DNA of 64,000 nt, taken from an uncultured Alphaproteobacteria bacterium. GTDB taxonomy: Bacteria > Pseudomonadota > Alphaproteobacteria > ATCC43930 > CGMCC-115725. Location: contig CAWFER010000016.1 of assembly GCA_963814805.1 (NCBI GenBank), forward strand, positions 56,715 through 120,714, in the 5' to 3' direction. The notes under the pieces are model-generated. The model had not been told where the DNA came from and ran no database searches. It saw nothing but the letters and a program-made list of their open reading frames with translations. How positions within the stretch are numbered: position 1 is the stretch's first letter; every line of letters begins with the position of its first letter. The translations under genes were made by a program, and so were the position numbers. Below are positions 1-13,944 of this stretch, in pieces.

Positions 1-508
1 CTCGCGCGGCGAGCTCGTCCTCGAAGCGCTCGACCATGCCGACGCGGTCGCCGCCGCCGAGGCCTTGTCGCACCTCGATCCCGATTCGTACCGCACCTTC
101 AACCTGATCGTCGCCGACGAGCGCGACGGGTTTTGGCTGCGCCATGCCGGCGGGGCGCGTATCGAGGTTCATCCGCTCAAGGATGGGCTGTCGCTGATCG
201 CCGCCGGCGATGTCGACGATCTCGGCGCGCGGCGGCTCGAACTGGCGATGCCGGCCTTTCGCGAGTGGCCGGCGCCCGATCCCGATCGCGGCGATTGGAC
301 CGCCTGGCAGGAACTGCTCGGCAGCAGCCGGGCGCCGCCGGGAGAGCCGGCCAGCGCGGCGATGCGATTTCGCACCGATGGCTATGGCACGGTATCGAGC
401 GCGCTGATCGCGCTGCCCGCGCGCAGCGAGCCCGATCGCCAGGCGCATTTCCGCTTTGCCGGGTGGCTGCCCGAGGCGACCCCCTGGCAGGATGTCGGCC
501 TGGGCTGA
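1..508 (+). CDS. NRDE family protein (DUF833/TANGO2-like), 5' end outside window
   Basis: Frame is open from the window edge to the stop at 506-508. The translation (..SRGELVLEAL..YRTFNLIVADERDGFWL..) resembles the C-terminal part of NRDE/DUF833 proteins. Confidence 0.55.
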   Translation, partial: SRGELVLEALDHADAVAAAEALSHLDPDSYRTFNLIVADERDGFWLRHAGGARIEVHPLKDGLSLIAAGDVDDLGARRLELAMPAFREWPAPDPDRGDWTAWQELLGSSRAPPGEPASAAMRFRTDGYGTVSSALIALPARSEPDRQAHFRFAGWLPEATPWQDVGLG

Positions 509-612
509 TTGGGCGGGCTGATTGGCTGGGGTGATCAGGCAGGGTCGGGATTGTTTGCGCGCGCAGGCCCCGCTATATCGAGGACGGAGCCACAGCAGCG
601 CCGGTCATCGCG

Positions 613-852
613 ATGAAAGCGCGGGTGCGCGTCACCCTTAAGCAAGGCGTGCTCGACCCCCAGGGCAAGGCGATCGGCAACGCGCTCGCCGCACTGGGTT
701 TCGCCGGCATCGGCGAGGTTCGGCAGGGTAAGCTGATCGAAATCGATCTCGGCGCCGCCGACCCGGCCGACGCTCGCGCGCGTGTCGAGGCGATGTGCCG
801 GGAGTTGCTCGCCAACCCGGTCATCGAAGACTACGCGATCGAGATCGGATAG
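613..852 (+). CDS. purS: phosphoribosylformylglycinamidine synthase subunit PurS
   Basis: 79-aa ORF MKARVRVTLKQGVLDPQGKAIGNAL..ANPVIEDYAIEI is a typical PurS. It lies upstream of purQ/purL. Confidence 0.9.
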   Translation: MKARVRVTLKQGVLDPQGKAIGNALAALGFAGIGEVRQGKLIEIDLGAADPADARARVEAMCRELLANPVIEDYAIEIG

Positions 853-896
853 AGGGCGATTTGGCTTCGCTAAAATCCTCGCGGAAAGCATTCGAC

Positions 897-1475
897 ATGC
901 AGGGCGGTACTTTCCCTAATCCTAATGATCTTCTGGAAGATGTCGTACAGTTCGGGATGGCAGCAGTCAAAGATTACCGGGAAATGAGCGGAGACGCATC
1001 GATCTGGGAAATACCAGAGCGTTGGTCCCAGACCGAGCTGGCTAGGCAGATTTGGAAGAAGCATGGCATTTACATTTGGCTTGAATTGGCAATTCCAAAG
1101 ATCCTTGGGTGGATGAATGAGGGACAACAGGTGCCATTAGTACTTGAAGGCGAACGAACGACTGGTCGAATTGACATTGCCTTATTTTCTACAGCTGAAC
1201 GGCCAGAGTTTGCCGATTTTTCGGGCATCATTGAAATAAAAAAGGTGATTGTTAACGGCAGTGAATGTACTTATGATGCGCAGCGAATACGAGCGATTAA
1301 TAAGTTATTTCCGATTTGTGGTATTGTTGGTGGCCTAGTCGTTGGAAATTTGAGCTCTGTCAGCTCTGTGATGGCGACTAACCTGGATCTTCCGACCTCC
1401 TCTATCATTTGTTCAAAAGGCGTCGAGGACGCTGACACTGGCTTCAGTTACGGATTTGTTGCTGCCCTTGTTTGA
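897..1475 (+). CDS. hypothetical protein in a low-G+C insert between purS and purQ, with a PD-(D/E)xK nuclease-like motif
   Basis: First ATG (897) of the 795-1475 ORF. The DNA is visibly AT-richer than its flanks. It shows the ordered motif IWLELAI .. GRIDIALF .. (20 aa) .. GIIEIKK, i.e. E..D..ExK. I recognise no family. Confidence 0.5.
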   Translation: MQGGTFPNPNDLLEDVVQFGMAAVKDYREMSGDASIWEIPERWSQTELARQIWKKHGIYIWLELAIPKILGWMNEGQQVPLVLEGERTTGRIDIALFSTAERPEFADFSGIIEIKKVIVNGSECTYDAQRIRAINKLFPICGIVGGLVVGNLSSVSSVMATNLDLPTSSIICSKGVEDADTGFSYGFVAALV

Positions 1476-1496
1476 TTCCACGGAAATCAATAACCT

Positions 1497-4391
<2,895 letters not shown>

Positions 4392-4421
4392 CGGGCGGGG
4401 CTCGAGCGAGGGGGCCGGGCG

Positions 4422-4658
4422 ATGGCGATGGACGCGGCGATGATCGAGCGGCTGATCAAGGAAAGCCTGCCCGACGCGCAGGTCTCGATCGAGGATCTGC
4501 GCGGCGACGGCGACCATTATGCCGCCCATGTCGTCTCCGGCGCGTTCCGCGGCAAGACCCGCGTCCAGCAGCATCAGATGGTGTACCAGGCCCTGCGCGG
4601 CCGGATGGGCAACGAATTGCACGCATTCGCGCTGCAAACCGGCGCGCCCGAAGACTAA
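4422..4658 (+). CDS. BolA family protein
   Basis: 78-aa ORF with a BolA-like sequence (..[30 protein letters not shown]..). It sits in the conserved position between purL and grxD. Confidence 0.85.
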   Translation: MAMDAAMIERLIKESLPDAQVSIEDLRGDGDHYAAHVVSGAFRGKTRVQQHQMVYQALRGRMGNELHAFALQTGAPED

Positions 4659-4716
4659 GTCAAGGATCAACGCCCGCGCGTCACCACTTCAGCTTTCCGA
4701 AACCGAGGATCAGGAA

Positions 4717-5049
4717 ATGGACAGCACGGTTCAAGAACGCATTCGCAATGAAATCGCCGAGACCCCGGTCGTGCTCTTCATGAAGGGCTCGCCGGTGTTC
4801 CCGCAATGCGGCTTCTCCGCTGCGGTGGTGCAGATCCTGAGCCACCTCGGGGTCAAGTTCAAAGGCGTCGACGTGCTTGCCGACCCGCAGATCCGCCAGG
4901 GGATCAAGGAATTTTCGAGCTGGCCGACGATCCCGCAGCTCTATGTCAAGGGCGAGTTCGTCGGCGGCTGCGACATCATCCGCGAGATGTACGAGACCGG
5001 CGAATTGCAGCAGGTGCTCGAACAGAACGGGGTCCCGGTTCGCGCCTGA
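4717..5049 (+). CDS. grxD: Grx4-family monothiol glutaredoxin
   Basis: Internal ATG at 4717 of ORF 4519-5049. It has the CGFS active site ([18 protein letters not shown]) and [19 protein letters not shown]. Confidence 0.9.
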   Translation: MDSTVQERIRNEIAETPVVLFMKGSPVFPQCGFSAAVVQILSHLGVKFKGVDVLADPQIRQGIKEFSSWPTIPQLYVKGEFVGGCDIIREMYETGELQQVLEQNGVPVRA

Positions 5050-5059
5050 GACGGCTGGC

Positions 5060-6045
5060 TCAATCGGCGCCGGCGACGGCTCTGAGCCGCGTCGGGTCGA
5101 GCCGGAAGATCACCGGAAAAAACGGGTAGCGCCACGGCATGTGCCGCGCGCCCGCCTCGCTGACGCCCCACAATTCACCGCTGCGATCGAAGGCGATGCC
5201 TTCGGCGCCGGCGGCGATTGGGTAGCGCTGTTGAAGACGACCGCTGGCGGGATCGAGCCGATCGAGAAAGCCCCAGCCGATGTCGCTGCGCGCGATCCAT
5301 AGCCGGCCTTTGCCGTCAAGCGCCCCGCCCTGCGCGTAGCTGGGCAGCGGCACGACTGCGGCAGCCGTCGCAGCGCTCAGCACCGCGCCGTCTGGCAGCG
5401 AGCGAAGCGTTGCGAGCCCGAATTTAAAGGCCTTGGCCGGCCGGGTTTCCTCATAGTCGCCGATCCAGATCGCCCGCTCTCCTGAAACCGCGCGCGAAAC
5501 CGCAAACGCGCCCTTCAGCCCAGGGCCGAGCCGGAAAACCCGGAATTTCGGGGCGGCCCCGGAAAAGGCGCGGCCGAGGTCGACCTCGAACAAGGTGTGA
5601 GTATCGGCGATAAACAACTTGCCGGCGCCCGCATAGGCCAGACCGCCGGCGTGCCCGCACGGAAAGGGAACGTCGAAATGGCCGGTCTCTGCGCCGGTCT
5701 GCCGGATCGATCCGAAACACCCGGCACGGGCCGCGGTCGACCCAGGCTCGATCGCTTCGGTAGGCCGAGACGAATATTCTGCCGCGCGGCGACCGCCAGG
5801 CCCTGCGGGTCCCAGCCCTGATCGAGACCCGGCATCCAGATCAGCCGATTCGCCGCCGCAAGGTTCGGAACCGGGCTGACCCCGGCCGCGCCATAGCTCG
5901 GCCGCCGCCCGAGGATGCCGTGCTCAATCGCCTCGAGCCGGTGCGAGACCGGCGAAACGCCGCACGCCGCGACGATGGCGAAGGCCATGATGATCCGCCC
6001 GGCTCGCGCGCGCCGTCCAATGTCGCGCATGCCGGAGCCGCGCAT
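5060..6045 (-). pseudogene. hypothetical exported protein, frameshifted as sequenced
   Basis: The N-terminus has a signal-peptide-like segment (RIIMAFAIVAACG) in ORF 5515-6045. The C-terminal 185 aa are in ORF 5060-5617, joined via a third frame near 5620-5770. No family recognised. Confidence 0.4.
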
Positions 6046-6169
6046 GGCTCGAAACCCACCCCCTGCACAGGATTGGCGACCCGTCCCTCGCCTTGCGCCC
6101 TCGCGAGCCGCCCGCTATCGTCAGCGCCGCGCCGCGGGGGGCGCGGCCTTGTCGGGGGACGACGCGATC

Positions 6170-6448
6170 ATGTCGGATGTCGGGGGAATAGCGGGCGACC
6201 GGCTGAAATCCTTGATCGAACGCATCGAGCGGCTCGAAGAGGAGAAGCATGCGCTCGCCGAGGACATCAAGGAAGTCTATGCCGAGGCCAAGGGCATCGG
6301 CTTCGACCCGAAGATCATGCGGCAGATCATCCGCATCCGCAAACGCGACAAGGACGAGCTCGACGAGGAGGAGAGCCTGCTCGACGTCTACAAGCGCGCG
6401 CTCGGCATGCTTCCGGATCTGAGCCCGCAGTCGCAGGCCGCCGAATAG
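6170..6448 (+). CDS. gapR: DUF2312 / GapR-like nucleoid-associated protein
   Basis: Internal ATG at 6170. The sequence LKSLIERIERLEEEKHALAEDIKEVYAEAKGIGFDPKIMRQIIRIRKRD closely resembles Caulobacter GapR. Confidence 0.8.
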   Translation: MSDVGGIAGDRLKSLIERIERLEEEKHALAEDIKEVYAEAKGIGFDPKIMRQIIRIRKRDKDELDEEESLLDVYKRALGMLPDLSPQSQAAE

Positions 6449-6451
6449 CCC

Positions 6452-7505
6452 CTACTGCGCCGCTCGCGCCGCGTTCGGCCGCAGGCGCCGGCGCAGCGCC
6501 GCCAACAGCGCGTCGGCCTCGGCCTCGCTCGCATCGAACCGGCAGACAAAGCGGGCGACCGTCCGGCTGCGGCGATAAAACGCCAACCCGTCGGCTTCGA
6601 GCGCATCCATGACGGCGCTCGGCAGTTCGAGAAAAATCTCGTTGATCTCGATCGGGGCCAGCAGCCGGGCCTCCGGGATCGCCGCGAGCCCGGCGGCGAT
6701 GCGCGCCCCCAGCGCATTCGAAGCGCGGGCCATCTTCAGCCACAGCTCATTTTCGACATAGGCGATCAGCTGGGCCGAGGCGAACCGCATCTTCGACCAC
6801 ACCTGCCCGGCGCGGCGCAGCTGCACCGCGAGCCCGTCGACGAGTGCGGGGTCAAAGACCACAATCGCGTCGCACAAGGCGCCGCCGTTCTTGGTGGCGC
6901 CGAACGACATGATGTCGACGCCACGGCGCCACGTCGCCTCGGCTGGGCTGCAGCCGAGCCGCGCCACGGCATTGGCAAACCGCGCCCCGTCCATGTGCAG
7001 CTTGAGGCCGTTGGCCTTGGCGATGGCGGCGACGGCGCCGATCTCGTCGATCGAATAGACCGTGCCGAGATCGCTCGCCTGGGTCAGGCTGACCGCGGTC
7101 GGCCGGCCGTGATGCAGCTGCCACGGCATGGCCTCGGCCAGGGTTTCGGCCAATTGCCCGGCGCTCGAACCGCCCGTGTTCGCCGGCGACCGGCGTCAGC
7201 TTGAGCCCGCCGCCGAAGAACCCGGCGGCATTGGCCTCGGCGGTGTTGATATGCGCCCCCTCGCTGCAATAGACGATGCCCCAGGAGGGGCCGAGCGCCG
7301 CCAGGCCGAGCGCGTTGGCGGCGGTCCCGGTCGCCACCGGAAACACCCGCACCGCGGTCTCGAACAACTCGGAAAACCGCTGTTGCAGCGCCGCCGTCCA
7401 CTGGTCGCCGCCATAGCCGAGCGCGGTGTCGCGATTGGCGCGCACCAGCGCCTCGAGGATTTCCGGCGCCGCCCGTCCGGTATTGTCGCTGCGGTAGTCG
7501 ATCAT
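6452..7505 (-). pseudogene. ltaE: threonine aldolase family (beta-eliminating lyase) protein, one frameshift as sequenced
   Basis: The N-terminus MIDYRSDNTGRAAPEIL..VATGTAANAL is in the 6852-8159 frame. The C-terminal 233 aa are in ORF 6452-7153, which includes SFGATKNG with the PLP-binding lysine. The join lies near 7150-7200. Confidence 0.7.
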
Positions 7506-9178
7506 CGTCTGATCACTTTCCTTCGCATCTCGCTCTTTCGCGTGTCGCCGGGCCGCCGGACCGGGCCGGCATGCGCCACCCGCAGCACGATCATATAGCG
7601 CAGCCGCGAGCGGCCGGCATAGGCCGGCGCCCGCAAAGCCGCCGAACGCATCCGCGCCTCGTGCTGATACAGGCGCGAGCGGATGAAGGCGGCGCGCACC
7701 TCTCTGGCCCAGGCCGTGTTCTGCAACGGATGTGCTGCGGCATGCGGCGCGAACGGCGGGACGGCGGGCGGGTTGGCGCGGACCGTCGCGGCGGCCGCGA
7801 CGCGGGCGGGCGCCGCCGGCGTCGCGAGGGTCGGCGGCCCGATCTGCGGCGATCCCATCAAGGCCGGCGCATTGCGCAGCCGCTCGCGCGGCAGCTGCAG
7901 CAGTGCCGGCGGCGACCGCCTGCCCGGCGACAAAAACCGGCCGCGGGACCACGCTGGCAAATATCCGGTTGGCGAAGGCGCCGTTGGTGATCGCCGCCGG
8001 CGGCTCGCCATCGGCGCGGAGCCGGACGATCCCAGGGTCGTCGATGTCGGGCATGTTCAACTTGCGGATATAGTCGAGATTCGTCAGTATAGCTCGGCCA
8101 ATAGACCTCGCCGGGCGCCAGCGGAAACCAGGCGACCGCCGGCCCGGTCCCCTCGGCAAAGCTCAGGCCGACGCCGGGCGTGCCGAGAAACCCGACCACC
8201 GCCGGCGCATAGACCGGGTGCGCCGCGTAGCCGCCGGGGACCCACGCCCAATGCTGATCGACAAACGCCCAGCGCCCGTAATGCGACGGGGCGAAACCCC
8301 AGGCCTCGTCATCGATCCAGGTCCAGCCCCAGGGCGCCACCCACCGCCAATGGCCGTCGCGATAGGGCGCCCAACCGGCCGGCAGCGCGCCGGGAACCCA
8401 CACCTCGCCGTATCCGGCGGCGGCCTTCCACTTGCCGGCGCCATCGAGCGCCGCCAGCCCGCTGATCGCCGGCGAGACGAAATAGGCTGCGGCAAGGCGG
8501 GCTTCGTCGACCGCGCGTCCGCGGCACCATTGGCTGAAGGCGTCGGGCGCCGCCACCTCGCCGGTAGCGCTAGGCGCGCCGGGGCCGAGCAGGGCCGCGG
8601 TCCCGGCATCGGCGGTGACCTCGCTGCCGCCGCCGAAAAAGCGCGCCTCCCCGGCAAACGCCACCACCCTTGAAGGTGCTTCGCCGTCGCCGGCCGCGAT
8701 ATCGTATTGTCCGGGCCGCAGCAGCCAGACCCCGCCGCGTGGAATGTCGACCTCGACGCTTTCGCCATCGCCGATCCGCCCGACGCCGAGCCCGATGCGC
8801 CCGCGCCGGACGGTGATTTCGACGACCCGCTCGCGCAGATCGGCGATCGCGATCTCGCTGCTCCCGGCGAGATCGATCGTGTCGGAACCGATGCGCAGCT
8901 CGGCGCGGGCCTGTGGCTCGGTGCGCAGGGAGACGCCGCGCGCGACCGGGTCGTTGATTTCGGCGTCGGACCACGCCCGATCGCCCGGCCCGCGAAAACC
9001 GACCTTGCCCGACACCAAGGCTGATCCGCCCGACCCGTCCGGGCGGCGCTGGCCCCGGCTTCGGCGAACCGGCATCTTTACCGGCGCCGAAATTCCCGGC
9101 CGACGCCGCGGCGCTCGTACCGAAAGCCGCAGCCAATCCGATGCTCGAGGCCAATCCGATCGCGAAAAGGAGCCGCAT
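7502..9178 (-). pseudogene. exported FecR-like/DUF6600-type protein with a Trp-rich C-terminal region, several frameshifts
   Basis: Signal peptide MRLLFAIGLASSIGLAAAFG is in ORF 8570-9196. The core is in ORF 7858-9075 (..GWAPYRDGHWRWVAPWGWTWIDDEAWGFAPSHYGRW..). The tail runs through frames 6852-8159 and 7502-8011. Its stop overlaps the ltaE start (ATGA). Confidence 0.5.
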
Positions 9179-9262
9179 GGCTTCCCCGGTATCCATGCCG
9201 TGCCGACCCAGTCTAGCAGATCGACCGCGCCGTCAACGGTTTTTGTCGCGGGCCCGCCGGCG

Positions 9263-9717
9263 ATGAGCGATCGACGGCTGCGATCGACCGCGCCGGCGCT
9301 GGCGCTCGGGATCGGCTGCGAGCGCGGCTGCCCGCCGCCGAAATCGCCGCGCTTGGTCGAGGCGGCATTGGCCGAGGCCGGGCTGGCCGCAGCCGCGGTC
9401 GCGGCGATCGTCTCGATCGAACTGAAGCGCGACGAACCGGCGATCCTGGCAGCTGGCGGCGGCGCTCGGGGTGCCGGCGCGGTTTTTTACCGCCGCGCGC
9501 CTGCTGGCCGAGACCGGCCGCCTCTCGGAGCGATCGGCTGCGGCGTTCCGCGCCACCGGCTGCTGGGGGGTGGCCGAGGGCGCGGCCCTCGCCGCCTGCG
9601 GCCGCGGACGGGGTTTTGATCGTGTCCAAGCGCCGCTCGCGGCGGGCGACCTGCGCGGTGGCGCGCGCGTCGGCGCCGATCGACGCCGCTGCCCTGGCCT
9701 TGCGCGGCGCCAGTTGA
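9263..9717 (+). pseudogene. cobE: cobalamin biosynthesis protein CobE (CbiG C-terminal-domain family), two frameshifts
   Basis: The sequence LALGIGCERG..EAGL..IVSIELKRDEPAIL, then LGVPARFFTAARLLAE..GVAEGAALAA, then LIVSKRRSRRATCAVA is read across three frames. Confidence 0.6.
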
Positions 9718-9848
9718 CGCGGCAGAACCGGAGCACCGGACGCCGCCACCCGCAGCCGCGGCATTGCGGCACCCCTCGCCGCACTTGCCACGGCGCCCCG
9801 CCGCCCTCACCTTGCCGGCGGCAGCCGTACTATCGTGGGAGTGCGGGG

Positions 9849-10932
9849 GTGTCTTTCTCGACGATTTCGGCGCGATCCGACGCCGGCGCCGCGGTCGCGG
9901 CAAAAGCCCGGCCGGGGGCGGTCGCCGGCTGGCTATTTGCCTGCTGCGCGCTGATCTTGCGATGGTGGTGGTCGGCGGGATCACCCGGCTGACGCTTTCC
10001 GGCCTGTCGATCACCGAATGGCAGCCGGTTATCCGGCATCGTCCCGCCGCTGAGCGCGGCGCAATGGGCCGCCGAATTCGCCCGCTACAAGCAGATCCCA
10101 CAATACCGGCTCATCCATTACGGGATGAGCCTCGCCCAGTTCAAAGGCATTTTTTTCTGGGAATACATACACCGGCTGCTGGGCCGATTGATCGGGTTCG
10201 CCTATGCCGCGCCGTTGGTCTGGTTCTGGGCGCGCGGACGGTTGCCGCGCCGGCTGATCCCGGCGCTGCTCGGCATTCTGGCGCTCGGTTTCGCCCAGGG
10301 CGCGCTCGGCTGGTACATGGTCGAGAGCGGGCTCGTCCACCGGGTCGAGGTCAGCCAGTACCGGCTCGTCGCCCATCTCGCCCTGGCGCTGGTCGATCTA
10401 CGCCGCGATGCTGTGGGTGGGCTTGGGTCTCGCGCGCGGCCCGGCGCTGGGGGAGGCTGCCCCGGCTGGCGGCGGGCGGCCAACGCCGTCATTTTCCTGG
10501 TCGGGCTGACGATCGCGGCCGGCGGGTTTGTCGCCGGCACCCGCGCCGGGCTCGTCTACAACACCTTTCCGCTGATGGACGGCCGGCTCGTTCCCGCCGA
10601 CTATGCCAAGCTTCATCCGTTCATCCGCAACTGGTTCGCCAACGTCGCCGCGATCCAGTTCGACCATCGGCTGCTGGCGATGACGACATTCGCGGCAATT
10701 TTGCTGGTCGTCGCCGCCGGCTGGCGTGCGCGGCTGCCAAAGCCTGCCCACATCGCCCTCTGGGCGCTGCTCGCCGCCGCGGCAATGCAGGTCGGCGCTC
10801 GGCGTCTCGACCCTGCTGCTGGCGGTGCCGATCCCGCTCGCCGTGGCGCATCAAGCGGGCGCGGTGATCCTTCTGACCGCGGCGATCGTCTTCCGCCACA
10901 CCTTGCGCGCCAAAGAGGAGGCAATGCGATAA
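9849..10932 (+). pseudogene. ctaA: heme A synthase (COX15/CtaA), about five frameshifts
   Basis: COX15 hallmarks (VVGGITRLTLSGLSITEW, FFWEYIHRLLGRLIG, GWYMVESGL, QFDHRLLA, VAHQAGAVILL) are spread over frames 9471, 9764, 10125 and 10726. The start (GTG 9849) is approximate. Confidence 0.7.
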
Positions 10933-11028
10933 CCCTCACCGTCTGACGCTTACCTCGCCGGCGCGGCGATGTTGGACGGCCGCGGCGGCGCGGCCATATA
11001 AATCCGGTGTCGCGTGCGGGAGAGCAGC

Positions 11029-13205
11029 ATGGCCGATGACGGCGCCTTTGCGGCGAAGACCTTGGCGGATTGGACCCGGCTCGCGCAAACCGAGCTCAAG
11101 GGCAAGCCGCTCGCCAGCCTCGACCGCGCCACCCCCGAGGGCATCACTCTCAAGCCGCTCTACACCGCCGCCGATCTCGAGGCGATCGCCGCGGCCGGCT
11201 ATCCGCTGGAAGACGCGATGCCCGGCTTCCCGCCCTATCTGCGTGGCCCGCGGGCGACGATGTACGCCAACCGGCCGTGGACGATCCGGCAATATTCGGG
11301 CTTTTCGACCGCCGAGGACTCGAACCATTTCTATCGCGAAAACCTCGCGGCCGGGCAGATGGGGCTGTCGATCGCCTTCGATCTCGCCACCCATCGCGGC
11401 TACGACAGCGACCATCCGCGGGTCGCGGGCGACGTCGGCAAGGCCGGTGTGGCGATCGATTCGGTCGAGGACATGAAAATCCTGTTCGCCGGCATCCCGC
11501 TCGACAAAATGAGCGTGTCGATGACGATGAACGGCGCGGTCTTGCCGGTCTTGGCCGGCTACATCGTCGCCGCCGAGGAGCAGGGCGTGGCGCAAGACCG
11601 GCTCTCGGGCACGATCCAGAACGACATCCTGAAGGAGTTCATGGTCCGCAACACCTATATCTACCCGCCCGGGCCGTCGATGCGCATCGTCGCCGACATC
11701 ATCGAATACACCGCCCGCCACATGCCGAAATTCAATTCGATCTCGATCTCCGGCTATCACATGGAGGAAGCCGGCGCGACCTCGGTTCAAGAGCTGGCAT
11801 TTACTCTGGCCGATGGGCTCGAATACGTGCGCGCCGCGTTGTCGCGCGGCCTGGCGATCGACGAATTCGCGCCGCGGCTGTCGTTCTTTTTCGGCATCGG
11901 CATGAATTTCTTCATGGAGATCGCGAAATTGCGCGCCGCCCGGCTGCTGTGGGCGCGGCTGATGCGCCAGTTCCAGCCCAAGAACCCGGCGAGCCTCGCG
12001 TTGCGCATGCATTGCCAGACCTCGGGCGTCAGCCTCGACCGAGCAGGACCCGCACAACAACATCGTCCGCACCACGATCGAGGCGCTGGCCGCGGTGCTC
12101 GGCGGGACCCAGTCCTTGCACACCAACTCCTTCGACGAGGCGATGGCGCTGCCGACCCCGGCCTCGATGCGGATCGCCCGCAACACCCAGCTGATCCTCG
12201 CCGAGGAGACCGGCATCACCCATGTCGTCGATCCGCTCGGCGGCAGCTATTACCTCGAAAGCCTGACCCATTCGATCGCCGCGGCGGCGACGGCGCTGAT
12301 CGACGAGGTCGAAGGCTTGGGCGGCATGACCAGCGCGGTCGAGGCCGGCATGCCGAAACTGCGCATCGAGGAGGCGGCGGCGCGCCGGCAGGCGGCGATC
12401 GATCGCGGCGTGGAGACGATCGTCGGGGTCAACAAATACCGCTCGGGCGATGCCGCCGAAATCGACCTCCTCGATATCGACAACAGCGCGGTGCGCGCCG
12501 CGCAGATCGCCCGCCTCGACCAGGTCCGCCACAGCCGCGACCCAAAGCGATGCGCGGCGGCGCTCGGCGCGCTGACCGAGGCGGCGCAGAGCGGCCGGGG
12601 CAACCTGCTTGGCGCTGTCGATCGAGGCGAGCCGGGCGCGGGCCACGGTCGGCGAGATTTCCGACGCGCTCGAACAAATCTTCACCCGCCATCGCGCCCA
12701 GATCCGCGCCGTCAGCGGCGTCTATGGCGGCCAGTACCAGGACGACGAAGGCTTCCGCCGGGTGCAGCGCCAGATCGAGGCCTTCGCCCGCGACGAGGGC
12801 CGCCGCCCGCGCATGCTGGTCGTCAAATTGGGCCAGGACGGCCACGACCGCGGCGCCAAGATCATCGCCACCGCCTTTGCCGATATCGGCTTCGATGTCG
12901 ATATCGGCCCGCTGTTCCAGACCCCCGAGGAAGCCGCCCGCCAGGCGGTCGAGAACGACGTGCACATCGTCGGCGTCTCGAGCCAGGCCGCCGCCCATAA
13001 GACCCTGGTCCCGGCGCTGATCGAAGCCCTTCGCCGCGAGGGGGCCGGCGACATCCTCACCGTCTGCGGCGGGGTCATCCCGCCCAAGGACTATGATTTC
13101 CTAAAGAAGGCCGGGGTCAGCGCAATCTACGGCCCCGGCACCAACATCCCCGCCGCCGCCGCCGAAATCCTGGCGCTGATCCAGAAGCACCGCTTGGCGG
13201 CGTGA
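11029..13205 (+). pseudogene. scpA: methylmalonyl-CoA mutase, single-chain form with C-terminal B12-binding domain, two frameshifts
   Basis: ORFs 11014-13020, 12095-13000 and 12609-13205 join near 12040-12090 and near 12600. Motifs include [24 protein letters not shown] and the B12 domain [13 protein letters not shown]. Confidence 0.85.
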
Positions 13206-13224
13206 GACGCGCTTGCCGATCTGA

Positions 13225-13644
13225 ATGCGTGAGGAAGGGAAGCACCATTCGATGCCTTTTTGGACGTCTCGGCAAAAGCGTATTGGGGTCTTCACCCGTG
13301 ATCAGAGGCGGCTTGAAAATGCCATCGTCTGTTTGAACGAATTAGAATATTTGCTAAAGAAATATTTGAAAGACGCTTATAGATTAGACGAATATGCCAT
13401 CGCGAAGCTAAAAACGGTTCATGCTGAGGCCGCACACACACAAGCCGTAGCTGCATCGGGAAAACCGACGATCCTGAGTGCGCTTCAAGCGTTAGCTTCT
13501 CAGAAAGAAAAGGAGCTACAGAAAATTTCTCCATCTTCTCAGGATTCTCCGGAAGCGATTATCAGAATGCTAATGTGCAAAGCGATGTTGGAATCCATCA
13601 ATCATCAGATATTTGCATGGCAAAAGGAGGGTAAAACTCAATAA
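13225..13644 (+). CDS. hypothetical protein (low-G+C islet)
   Basis: 139-aa ORF with helical-looking sequence and AT-rich codon usage unlike its neighbours. An alternative start at ATG 13252 is preceded by the purine-rich GAGGAAGGGAAG. No family recognised. Confidence 0.35.
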   Translation: MREEGKHHSMPFWTSRQKRIGVFTRDQRRLENAIVCLNELEYLLKKYLKDAYRLDEYAIAKLKTVHAEAAHTQAVAASGKPTILSALQALASQKEKELQKISPSSQDSPEAIIRMLMCKAMLESINHQIFAWQKEGKTQ

Positions 13645-13683
13645 TATCCAGACGTTGGGTACGAGCAAGGTAGATAGGAAAAT

Positions 13684-13944
13684 TTGATGCCAAAATATGA
13701 TTGCTGCGTGTGCGACGAGCCATTTAAGTTCGGGCCACACGTTTACGAAGGGAGGCCAATCCCGGGATGGCAGGATTTGATGATATGCCGTGAATGCGAA
13801 AAGTCGAATCACGACGGTGTTGTTTCTGCCACGCATCCGCATCTGATGCAGCGCTTGAAATCGTTGGGTATTGAGGTTGTGCTCAACAAGGATGGATGGA
13901 TAGTGTTGCTGGCATCGGGTCAAAATGACCTCTACGTCTTGTAG
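13684..13944 (+). CDS. hypothetical small protein with CxC...CxxC cysteine pairs (possible zinc ribbon)
   Basis: 86-aa ORF with an AGGA about 8 nt upstream of the start. Cysteines occur at CCVCDE and CRECE. Low G+C. No family recognised. Confidence 0.4.
   Translation: MMPKYDCCVCDEPFKFGPHVYEGRPIPGWQDLMICRECEKSNHDGVVSATHPHLMQRLKSLGIEVVLNKDGWIVLLASGQNDLYVL

Noticed and set aside
509-612. Possible ZTP (pfl) riboswitch upstream of purS, because of a GGGTCGGGA stretch.
   Set aside because: I could not find the downstream CCGCCTGGG-type pseudoknot partner or the other conserved segments. The resemblance is limited to a few bases.
853-1496. Possible target-site duplication flanking the purS/purQ insert (CGGAAAGCATT at about 882 versus CGGAAATCAAT at about 1481).
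   Set aside because: Only about 8 of 11 positions match and there is no associated recombinase. That is too weak to claim.
10936-12219. 427-aa minus-strand ORF covering the first half of the mutase locus.
   Set aside because: It is antisense to a frame with unmistakable methylmalonyl-CoA mutase sequence. Its translation is Arg/Gly/Asp/His-rich low-complexity sequence, typical of stop-free antisense frames in high-G+C DNA.
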